This document shows, piece after piece, positions 1 through 6,623 of a stretch of 11,288 bases of DNA. Below the pieces are notes generated by a model. The model was not told the origin of the DNA. It ran no database searches and saw nothing but the letters and a program-made list of their open reading frames with translations. How positions within the stretch are numbered: the stretch's first letter is position 1; every line of letters starts with the position of its first letter. The translations under genes were made by a program, and so were the position numbers. This stretch comes from Candidatus Eiseniibacteriota bacterium (GTDB lineage: Bacteria > Eisenbacteria > RBG-16-71-46 > CAIMUX01 > VGJL01): assembly GCA_041946735.1 (NCBI GenBank), contig JBHGAY010000058.1, positions 1-11,288 of the forward strand, written 5' to 3'.

Positions 1-332
1 CATAAACGCCCCTGTGTGGTGCCTCCTGCGGCGTACACGAACGGTCCATCCTCATCGCGGGCTGCCGCTAGCGCATGGATTCCGTAGGCCCACGCCTCGC
101 GCACCCACAGCTTGTCGCCGGGGCGTCCGTGGGGGCACGGCTTGCCGAGAGTCGTATTCATCTGCACTTCGCCGCCGTAGTTCGTCGGCGCGTCCCAACT
201 CGGCACGCCATCGATCACGTCTACCGGGCCGTTCTGGAATTGCGGCTTCACGATCCGTCTTGTCTGCGTCTTGGTGCCGGCGAGGATGGCGCGCACCATC
301 GGCGCACTGAATAGGATCGGGCGCTCTTTCAT
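1..332 (-). CDS. Phage ASCH/PUA-like protein (3' end runs off window)
   Basis: Not in the ORF track. Manual translation from ATG 332: MKERPILFSAPMVRAILAGTKTQTRRIVKPQ...PCPHGRPGDKLWVREAW, the characteristic N-terminus of a widespread phage ASCH-like family. ATGA overlap with the upstream gene stop (329-331). Confidence 0.85.
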   Translation of the reverse strand, partial: MKERPILFSAPMVRAILAGTKTQTRRIVKPQFQNGPVDVIDGVPSWDAPTNYGGEVQMNTTLGKPCPHGRPGDKLWVREAWAYGIHALAAARDEDGPFVYAAGGTTQGRL

Positions 333-664
333 GGCGTGATCCCGAGACGGCGCAAGACCTCGGATTCGACGGCACTGGCGACCGCCACACACTGTGCCAA
401 CGTCAACGTTTCCGTTCCCCGCACGAACGAATCCACGCACTTCAATGCATCATCCACGGCATCTGAGATCACTTCGCCAGCGTCCTCCTCGCTCATTCGC
501 TCGTAGTCCGGCTGCGGGGCGGCGGAGAGGGCGGCCTTGTACGCGGCAATGACTTCTTCGCGCGTCGCTTCGATGTCCCGGCAACTGACGTGGTATAGGG
601 CATACACCATGTTGGTGATTTGTACGTCGATTGGTGCGCGCGGCACCAGCACGAAGTCACTCAT
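329..664 (-). CDS. Phage hypothetical protein (111 aa)
   Basis: MSDFVLVPRAP...AAYKAALSAAPQP. GGGAG RBS before ATG 664. The VLVP...YxAxLxAAP pattern is typical of small phage accessory proteins. Confidence 0.75.
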   Translation of the reverse strand: MSDFVLVPRAPIDVQITNMVYALYHVSCRDIEATREEVIAAYKAALSAAPQPDYERMSEEDAGEVISDAVDDALKCVDSFVRGTETLTLAQCVAVASAVESEVLRRLGITP

Positions 665-905
665 GGTCGGCTCCCTTGTTTCGCTCGGCGAGCATGGCGT
701 CGGCCAGTAGATACGCACGCGAAGCGATGCCGCTATACGTCGGCCCTTCGTCCCCTAAAGTTGGATGCAATGCTTCTTGTCCAGCTACTATTGGGATCGC
801 CCTCGCCGCGAAGTAGTCGCGCAGGGTCATGCCCGCGCTGGCGTACTTGGCCTCGTAGTTTGGGTCCGTTGTCGGAAACGCCGGGCCTCCGTCGGGCTTA
901 CTCAT
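657..905 (-). CDS. Conserved phage hypothetical protein (82 aa)
   Basis: MSKPDGGPAFP...GMTLRDYFAARA...AYLLADAMLAER, a recognisable small phage protein signature. GGGAG RBS before ATG 905. Confidence 0.85.
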   Translation of the reverse strand: MSKPDGGPAFPTTDPNYEAKYASAGMTLRDYFAARAIPIVAGQEALHPTLGDEGPTYSGIASRAYLLADAMLAERNKGADHE

Positions 906-1518
906 GGTCGGCTCCCGGCGCGGGGGGAAGCGGCATGAAGTGCGTCGGCTCGAAAGCCATCGCGGCGGAAGGGAACTTCCACGCCCCAAGCCTCGGACGC
1001 CATCGCGCCTCGCCGACATTGTGGTGACGTTCCGATCCGACGAGATATCGACCGGACTTGAGTGTCTCCCCCTCGATCGGCCGCCAGCCACTCGGATCGG
1101 GCAGCACAAGTCCATACCGCGCGATCATGTCCGCCGACAGCGCCGGATGCGTTGCCACACACGACTTGGCGTAGGCCGCAAGCGCGGGCTTCGCGTGCGG
1201 ATCGTGGTCCACGTCGAGGACGAAATACTCGCAGCCGTCGTGCTTGCCGCCGGGCTCGTCGCTGCGGTCAACGCGGAGAACGATGAACTTGTTGAACATT
1301 CCTTGCTTCGTGGCCGGCGTTGCGGTATCGCGGTCCGGGATGGTGGGGCGCTCGGGCTTCGCCAGCGCGGCATCGATCGCGGCGAGAATCTGCGTTGCAT
1401 CACTGATTGCCGCACACATCTCATCGTCCCGGCCGGTAGTACCGCCGCTGGTCTGCGCCATGAATGACAGTCTGCCCAGCGCCTCTCGTGCTTGCTGCAA
1501 CAGTTCGCGGTCGGTCAT
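898..1518 (-). CDS. Multi-module phage protein with C-terminal DUF551-like domain (206 aa)
   Basis: Starts MTDRELLQQAREAL (ATGA overlap at 1515-1518, GGAG RBS). C-terminal WRPIE...W...PTHFMPLPPAP is the DUF551-type signature. Middle module is KFIVLRVDRSDEPGGKHDGCEYFVLD. Confidence 0.75.
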   Translation of the reverse strand: MTDRELLQQAREALGRLSFMAQTSGGTTGRDDEMCAAISDATQILAAIDAALAKPERPTIPDRDTATPATKQGMFNKFIVLRVDRSDEPGGKHDGCEYFVLDVDHDPHAKPALAAYAKSCVATHPALSADMIARYGLVLPDPSGWRPIEGETLKSGRYLVGSERHHNVGEARWRPRLGAWKFPSAAMAFEPTHFMPLPPAPGADHE

Positions 1519-1772
1519 CGCGTAATCTCCACATGGCGGACGGCGCGGCGATTCCACCAGTCCACAGCCATCCTCTTGGCCTCGTCACGGATGCTGTAGG
1601 TTCCCTTGCCGGACTCCCATCGCTCATCGTCGTACTTGCCGGACGAGGCCCCGCATTCCGAGCAGACCACGAAGTAGCGGCCAGGGCGATATCCCCATTC
1701 GGCGTTGTCGTGCCGGAGTTCTGCTGGCGCACCGTCAAACGGGCATGGCTCCAGTTGGTCGATGGTGGTCAC
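1515..1772 (-). CDS. Lar-family restriction-alleviation-like zinc-finger protein (85 aa)
   Basis: GTG start at 1772 after GGAGG. LEPCPFDG...VVCSECGA...AVDWWNRR matches the Lar family pattern (CPFCG..CxxC..WNRR), with the second Cys replaced by Asp. Confidence 0.75.
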   Translation of the reverse strand: MTTIDQLEPCPFDGAPAELRHDNAEWGYRPGRYFVVCSECGASSGKYDDERWESGKGTYSIRDEAKRMAVDWWNRRAVRHVEITR

Positions 1773-2383
1773 GCTGCTACCTCCTGCGCCTTGGCGCGCC
1801 AGTAATTCACGTCGTTCTTCGCCACCGATAAGTCTCGGTAGGCGTTCCACATCCGAAGGTTTGCGAGCCGCGCGATACCGAGCGCCTGAGCCTCGCTAAT
1901 CTTGTCGGCGCCGACGTTGGCCGTCGCGCGTCGCTTCACCTCGTAGCGGTGACCACCGTGGTCGTCGACGTAGACGAGCACGATGCCCGAGCGCTCGCTC
2001 GCGACCTGCGGGAGCATGGCGTCCGTCCAGATTTCGCGCGGCATGGCGTAGTAGTGCTTCCATACCTTCGGGGGCCACTGCCGCGCAGTGTTCTCGTGGA
2101 TCGGCGGGCGCGTGATCCACCGGACATGCCCATTGACCTCGCACACTTCCTCGGGGCCGTACCCGAGGAACCGCCGGTCCCACCACTTCTCTTTCTTGGC
2201 GTCCGCCCGCATGTCGCTGCGGCTGATCTTGATCTCGACGTCGATGATTTGCATGTTAGTGGTGACCACGAGCAGATCGCACTCGTGGCCGGTCCAGTTG
2301 CAGTTGTCGACGACGACGTGTGCGCGCGCGAATAGGTCGCGCTGCAGGATGCTGGCGATGCTCGCCTCGGACCACTCGGTCAC
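1769..2383 (-). CDS. PD-(D/E)XK-like nuclease / MmcB-like protein (204 aa)
   Basis: ECDLLVV...IDVEIKISRSDMRAD...KxKW motif (D...ExK). GTG start with GGAGG RBS and GTGA overlap. Confidence 0.65.
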   Translation of the reverse strand: MTEWSEASIASILQRDLFARAHVVVDNCNWTGHECDLLVVTTNMQIIDVEIKISRSDMRADAKKEKWWDRRFLGYGPEEVCEVNGHVRWITRPPIHENTARQWPPKVWKHYYAMPREIWTDAMLPQVASERSGIVLVYVDDHGGHRYEVKRRATANVGADKISEAQALGIARLANLRMWNAYRDLSVAKNDVNYWRAKAQEVAA

Positions 2384-3360
2384 GCTACCTCCGAAAGCAA
2401 AGGGGCGTCCGCCGCGATCCTGGCTCTGGCCATGGCAGCGTACTCCGGGTTCAGTTCGATCAGCGTCGCGTTGCGCTGCAGGCGGTCAGCGACGAGCCCG
2501 GTGGTTCCAGCTCCGCCGAACGGGTCGAGCACCATATCTCCGGGACGCGAGCCAGCGAGGATGCACGGCTCGACCAGCGCGGGCGGGAAAGTGGCGAAGT
2601 GCGAGCCAGAGAACGGCTGAGATGCGATCGTCCACACACTTCGGCGGTTGCGCATTTCACCGACTTCAACACGACCCGATCCGCCTGGACCGCCAATAGT
2701 CGTGCGCTGCCTGGTGGCGTCTACCGCGCTCGTCTTCTGCGTTCCGTCATATTCGACGACGCGCCCAGCGTGGATTGCCGGCTCCGCAATCGCATTCGTG
2801 TTGAAGTAGTACCTCTCGCGCTTCGACAGCAGAAACAGGTACTCGTGCGCCTTCGTACAGCGATCGCGCACGCTTTCCGGCATCGGGTTCGGCTTGGCCC
2901 ATATCACGTCTTGTCGAAGCCACCATCCGTCGGCACGAAGCGCGAACGCCAGCATCCACGGGACTCCGAGCAAATCCTTCGGCTTGTAGCCGGCCGATGC
3001 GGTGCGCGCGGGGCGGTGCATGCCGACGAGCTTCGGATTTCCGCCAGCGTGGCCGTTGCCGCGAAGCGTTGACCGCTCTGAGACGCCAGTCTGCGGGGCC
3101 CCGCTCGCGTGCGACGCATAGCTGTCGCCCATGTTCAGCCACAGCGTGCCGTCATCACGAAGCACCCGGCGGACCTCGCGGAATACTTCGACCATCGTCG
3201 CGAGAAATGCATCGACCGATGATTCAAGGCCGATTTGGCCGGCAACGCCGTAATCGCGCAGGCCCCAGTAGGGCGGCGACGTGACGCAGCACTGCATCGA
3301 TTCGGCCGGCAGCGTCTTGAGCACGTCTCGGCAGTCGCCGACAAGGATGGAGACGCTCAC
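2380..3360 (-). CDS. Beta-class amino DNA methyltransferase (N4-cytosine/N6-adenine), 326 aa
   Basis: GTG start at 3360 (VSVSILVGDCRDVL). Catalytic motif IV TSPPY precedes SAM-binding motif I VLDPFGGAGTT. Also WAKPNPMPESVRDR and HFATFP. No cognate restriction enzyme is evident. Confidence 0.92.
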   Translation of the reverse strand: MSVSILVGDCRDVLKTLPAESMQCCVTSPPYWGLRDYGVAGQIGLESSVDAFLATMVEVFREVRRVLRDDGTLWLNMGDSYASHASGAPQTGVSERSTLRGNGHAGGNPKLVGMHRPARTASAGYKPKDLLGVPWMLAFALRADGWWLRQDVIWAKPNPMPESVRDRCTKAHEYLFLLSKRERYYFNTNAIAEPAIHAGRVVEYDGTQKTSAVDATRQRTTIGGPGGSGRVEVGEMRNRRSVWTIASQPFSGSHFATFPPALVEPCILAGSRPGDMVLDPFGGAGTTGLVADRLQRNATLIELNPEYAAMARARIAADAPLLSEVA

Positions 3361-3863
3361 GCTACCTCCTTCCATGTGGATTCGTGGGCGAAGTTCGCGC
3401 GGACCAGCGCGGCGGCAGATCCATTCGGGCGTTTCGCTCGCACCTTGGTGGTGAGAGCATCGGCAGCGCTCCATCCGGATTCCAGGCGTTTGCGTACCGT
3501 GTCGCGCGGCATCCCGAGACGCTCGCACCACTCGACCAGTGCGAGTCGTTCTCCGCGGAAGTCAAGCATGCGATTGCTGCGCCGATTCCGATCGTTGATT
3601 GAACGCAATACCCACCGGCAGTTCCCAGGCTCGTATCCACGATCGTTGTTGATCCGGTCGAGTTCATGAGATGAGGACGGTTTGCGCCCCATGTCGGCGA
3701 TGAAATTCTCAACCGAACCGAACCACCGATCACAGACCGTGATTCCTCGGCCGCCGTAGTTCGGATAGGCAGCGTGTCTCGGATCACGACAGCGAAGCCG
3801 CATCTGTTGCCACGCTCTGTATTCCAGCGAATACGACTCGCCATGCTTCGGTTTTCCTGGCAT
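3357..3863 (-). CDS. HNH-type homing endonuclease-like protein (168 aa)
   Basis: HGES..EYRAWQQMRLRC...YPNYGGRGITVCDRW...F.ADMG...LDRINNDRGYEPGNCRW, followed by an HTH-like tail (WCERLGMPRDTVRKRLESGW). TGATG start overlap at 3861-3865. Confidence 0.85.
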   Translation of the reverse strand: MPGKPKHGESYSLEYRAWQQMRLRCRDPRHAAYPNYGGRGITVCDRWFGSVENFIADMGRKPSSSHELDRINNDRGYEPGNCRWVLRSINDRNRRSNRMLDFRGERLALVEWCERLGMPRDTVRKRLESGWSAADALTTKVRAKRPNGSAAALVRANFAHESTWKEVA

Positions 3864-3922
3864 CACTCTCTCCGAGTCTCGTCCCTCAGCGGCAGCCACG
3901 CAGAAAACGGGTCGCGGGTCAT
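3863..3922 (-). pseudogene. 19-aa ORF, possible N-terminal remnant of a phage C5 DNA methyltransferase
   Basis: MTRDPFSAWLPLRDETRRE*, coupled by ATGA upstream and TGATG downstream. From memory, it resembles the leader preceding the motif I (LIxDNFAGGGG) of phage C5 MTases. Confidence 0.45.
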
Positions 3923-4135
3923 GCGCCCTCGCGCTTCATCCACCGGCGAAACGTCGCCGGCGAACAGCGGTAGTTGCGATCACCGCCGGTCGAGTACACG
4001 ACGTGCCCCGTCACGAACCCGAGCACGCGCCGGAACCCATCCCGACCCATGCGCTTCGGCCAATAGACGCGGCCCTCGATGATGGTCGCGGCCTTCACGG
4101 GGTCTGCCCACCCCCCCCCCGATAGCTTTGGTCAT
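3919..4135 (-). pseudogene. Small phage gene frameshifted in a G10 tract (71 aa if G9)
   Basis: ATG 4135 overlaps the upstream stop. The downstream frame ADPVKAATIIEGRVYWPKR...VYSTGGDRNYRCSPATFRRWMKREGA* ends at 3919. The span is 217 nt (3n+1), with C10 at 4111-4120. Confidence 0.7.
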
Positions 4136-4530
4136 GTCAGCTCTACTCCCAGATCGGATGTGGCGTAGAGCGGGACGTCATAGCCGCGCGTCTTGCGCTT
4201 GCTCACCAGCAAAAGGCCCTCGTCGTCCGGCTGGCTGTCACGCATGTTGGCCAGCCGCTCCAACCCCTCGCGGATCGCGTAGACACACGCCTTGCGCGCG
4301 ACAGGAACTAGCATCTCAGACACGGGGATTTCCATGAGCGTTACCGTCCCGTCCTGGCGAGCGACGATGCGGAATGCTTTTCCGATGTCGGCCGTTCCCA
4401 TCGCGCGCAGGAGTTCCAGCGAATACCGGACCCCGTAGATCGTGACCACCTCGGTGTCCCGATCGTAGGCAAAGACCGGCGCCCCGCGGGAATCAGTACA
4501 GGTTCTCGGAGAAGAGCTGTCCGTAGTCAT
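4132..4530 (-). CDS. Phage hypothetical protein (132 aa)
   Basis: ATG 4530 with GGGAG RBS. Globular-looking sequence VFAYDRDTEVVTIYGVRYSLELLRAM... ending in an ATGA overlap. Confidence 0.7.
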   Translation of the reverse strand: MTTDSSSPRTCTDSRGAPVFAYDRDTEVVTIYGVRYSLELLRAMGTADIGKAFRIVARQDGTVTLMEIPVSEMLVPVARKACVYAIREGLERLANMRDSQPDDEGLLLVSKRKTRGYDVPLYATSDLGVELT

Positions 4531-4960
4531 GGTCGTACTCCCGAAGGATCTGTCCGCTGGCGCGCGCGATTTCTCGCCCCTGCTCGCGCGTGACGAACCG
4601 ATATTGGTTGGTGACGAAGCCCTGCTCGGCCCGGCGCCAGTCGCCGCCGTCGGCCTTGATCTGGTCGACCATGAACTCGTCGAAGTGGCGCACGCCACAG
4701 ATGACGCGGTCCCCGTTGCGGATCGCGGCACAGACAACGCGCAGGCCGGGAAGAGGCGGCTTCTGCGCCTCCAGCATCGGCTTGACGATCCAGTGAAAGA
4801 CGCGCTCCCACCGGAATACAAACCAGAACCAGACCACCGCGGCGATGTGAAGGAGCCCTCCCAAGATCGGGTCCACGCCGATCATCCAGGTGATGACGCA
4901 CCCGTACGTGAACGCGACGAGACACGCCGTCAGGAGTCGTCGGTCGACGATCGCCTTCAT
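4493..4960 (-). CDS. Membrane-anchored phage protein (2 predicted TM segments plus conserved phage domain, 155 aa)
   Basis: ATG 4960 (ATGA overlap, GGAGGG RBS). Hydrophobic N-terminus, then VVCAAI...GVRH...QGFVTN..RFVTR...GQ...LFSENLY. Confidence 0.8.
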   Translation of the reverse strand: MKAIVDRRLLTACLVAFTYGCVITWMIGVDPILGGLLHIAAVVWFWFVFRWERVFHWIVKPMLEAQKPPLPGLRVVCAAIRNGDRVICGVRHFDEFMVDQIKADGGDWRRAEQGFVTNQYRFVTREQGREIARASGQILREYDHDYGQLFSENLY

Positions 4961-5295
4961 TCGCCCCTCCCTTCCCAGTAGGCGATCATCCAGTCCAGCC
5001 ACTGAAGCCGGTGGGCCTGGACCCGAATGCGGTCCTCGCCGGTGATGAACGAGGGAAGAGGAACGCCTTTCGCGCGAAGCCATGACTCGAGGGTCGGGCG
5101 CCGTCCCAACAGGTCAAAGATCCACTTGCCCAACAAGGTCGCATCGCGACCAAACCAGTCGAGCCCAAGCCGATGAGATGCACGGCTGATCGCTATGCAG
5201 ACGTAGATATCCTTGCCGTCTTCGTAGTGGCAACTGGCGCTGCGGCCGTCCCAGAGGTGGCGCTTCGCCTCGCGTAGCAACAGCGAATACTTCAT
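4957..5295 (-). CDS. Phage hypothetical protein (112 aa)
   Basis: MKYSLLLREAKRHLW...RLQWLDWMIAYWEGRGE. GAGG RBS. First gene left of the putative attP. Confidence 0.75.
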   Translation of the reverse strand: MKYSLLLREAKRHLWDGRSASCHYEDGKDIYVCIAISRASHRLGLDWFGRDATLLGKWIFDLLGRRPTLESWLRAKGVPLPSFITGEDRIRVQAHRLQWLDWMIAYWEGRGE

Positions 5296-5414
5296 GCGGG
5301 CCTCACTCGGTTGCGAACCCCGAGCGGGCGCATCCGGCCATGCCGGAGGTTCGTGGTGCTACGAAAAGTGATACAGCCGTCCCGAGACCTAGCGTGGACG
5401 GTGTAATTGACCCC

Positions 5415-5429
5415 TTGAGCTACGGGGGC
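5415..5429 (-). other. tRNA 5'-end fragment (GCCCCCGTAGCTCAA), putative att core; resembles tRNA-Arg 5' ends
   Basis: 7-nt acceptor strand plus the conserved TAGCTCA (positions 8-14), after which tRNA similarity is lost (no complete D-arm, anticodon arm or 3' acceptor strand). Confidence 0.65.
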
Positions 5430-5440
5430 GGCGGATACTA
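5430..5440 (-). promoter_or_regulatory. Possible -10 element (TAGTAT) plus GC-rich discriminator ahead of the tRNA fragment
   Basis: The minus strand reads ...AGAG TAGTAT CCGCC GCCCCCGTAGC. No good -35 hexamer at 17-bp spacing (TTGATT is only 12 bp away). Confidence 0.35.
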
Positions 5441-5467
5441 CTCTACTATGAAAATCAATCTCCTGGC

Positions 5468-5537
5468 ATCCCCTTGTATCCCCTTGTATCATCGGCGTGA
5501 TACGCATTGCGTGATACGCCAAGTGATATTTGATACG
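5468..5537. repeat. Integrase arm-type/accessory binding repeats
   Basis: CCCTTGTATC x2 (5471-5490), GCGTGATACGC x2 (5495-5505, 5509-5519), GTGATA (5523-5528) and TGATACG (5531-5537). Left-side copies are GTGCTACG (5356-5363) and GTGATAC (5368-5374). Confidence 0.75.
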
Positions 5538-5546
5538 AGGTGAGGC

Positions 5547-6623
5547 ATGGCCAGCGTCACACAGACAGGTCCGAATTCCTGGCGCGTCCTGATCCGGCTC
5601 AAGGGCCACGAGCCGATCTGCAAGACCTTCAGGACCGAAGAGCGCGCCCGCAAGTTCGGCAAGGATACAGAACGCGAGATCCGAACGGGACGCGCGCCGA
5701 AGGCCAGCGGACCGACCGTCGATCGCGCCGTCGAGATCTTCCGCGAGCTCCGCGATAGCGGGCCGCGCCCCATCAACCCGAAGTCGAACGAGCACTACAT
5801 GCTCGTGCACCTCGAGCGCGATCTCAAGGGGAAGGCGGTCGACGACCTGACGCCACAGGCGCTGGCCGACTTCTGTAAGAAGCGGGCGCTCGACGGCGCA
5901 AACCCCTACACGGTAGGCATGGAAGTCAGCAAACTCGGCACCGTGCTCAAGTACGCCGCGATCTCCCTGAACCGGGTCTTGCCGGACGTCGTCGGCGCCG
6001 CCATGCCGCTGCTCGAATACAGCGGGCTCGTCGGCCCCGGCACCGAGCGCGACCGTCGTCCCACGCAAACGGAGCTGGACGCGATCCTCGACAAGCTGCC
6101 GCCGATGATGCGGGACATCGTTCAGTTCGCCGTGGCGACGGCAATGCGCCGCGGCGAGATCTCGCGCATCCTCTGGGCCGACGTCGACCACGAGAAGAAG
6201 TGCGTCCTCATCCGAGACCGCAAGCACCCGCGCAAGAAGAAGGGCAACCATCAGTGGGTGCCCATGCTGGACGTCACCGGATACGACGCCTGGGCGATCC
6301 TGAACCGCCAACCCAAGACCGACGAACGGATCTTCCCCGCGAACCCGCAGCCGATCTCCGAGGCGTTCCTGCTGGCGTGCCGCGCCGCGGGCGTCATGGA
6401 TCTGACCTTCCACGATCTCCGCCACGAAGCCACGTCGCGCCTGTTCGAGTCCGGCATGACGATCGAGCAGGTGCCGCTCGTGACGGGGCACGAGGACTGG
6501 CGGCACCTGAAGCGGTACACCCATCTCAGGCCCGAACACCTTCACGCGCCTGATCCAGGTACTCCGCGAGGTCGCGCACGTCCACGAACCGCGCGCCCCC
6601 GTCCAGGTACGTCCGCAGGTTGA
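5547..6623 (+). CDS. int: Tyrosine recombinase/integrase (Rci/HP1-like catalytic domain), 358 aa
   Basis: TAMRRGEI (R), HDLRHEATSRLFE (HxxR), TGH and catalytic Tyr in KRYTH. N-terminal arm-binding-like region WRVLIRLKG...KTF. GAGG RBS. Confidence 0.95.
   Translation: MASVTQTGPNSWRVLIRLKGHEPICKTFRTEERARKFGKDTEREIRTGRAPKASGPTVDRAVEIFRELRDSGPRPINPKSNEHYMLVHLERDLKGKAVDDLTPQALADFCKKRALDGANPYTVGMEVSKLGTVLKYAAISLNRVLPDVVGAAMPLLEYSGLVGPGTERDRRPTQTELDAILDKLPPMMRDIVQFAVATAMRRGEISRILWADVDHEKKCVLIRDRKHPRKKKGNHQWVPMLDVTGYDAWAILNRQPKTDERIFPANPQPISEAFLLACRAAGVMDLTFHDLRHEATSRLFESGMTIEQVPLVTGHEDWRHLKRYTHLRPEHLHAPDPGTPRGRARPRTARPRPGTSAG

Larger units (their letters stand above)
5350..5540. mobile_element. Putative intact attP (core plus arm-type repeats)
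   Basis: Non-coding, comparatively AT-rich region directly upstream of the integrase. tRNA-like core at 5415-5429. GTGATAC-type repeats on both sides of the core. Phage genes on both flanks. Confidence 0.75.

Noticed and set aside
2380..3531. Extended N-termini in the ORF track (MTase from 3531, FkbM from 7848, exonuclease from 10665)
   Set aside because: The extensions overlap real upstream genes. RBS and start/stop overlaps support starts at 3360, 7566 and 10467.
3357..3922. Group I intron or intein carrying the HNH inside a methyltransferase
   Set aside because: No room for intron core structure, no intein splice motifs, and the MTase catalytic core is absent rather than interrupted.
5300..5429. 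Complete tRNA gene
   Set aside because: Only the first ~15 nt are tRNA-like. There is no cloverleaf or complementary 3' acceptor strand at the right distance.
5296..5546. dusA-type attachment site (this integrase resembles families that include dusA-associated integrases)
   Set aside because: No sequence encoding the DusA N-terminal APM motif was found. The tRNA 5' fragment with dyad symmetry is the better core candidate.
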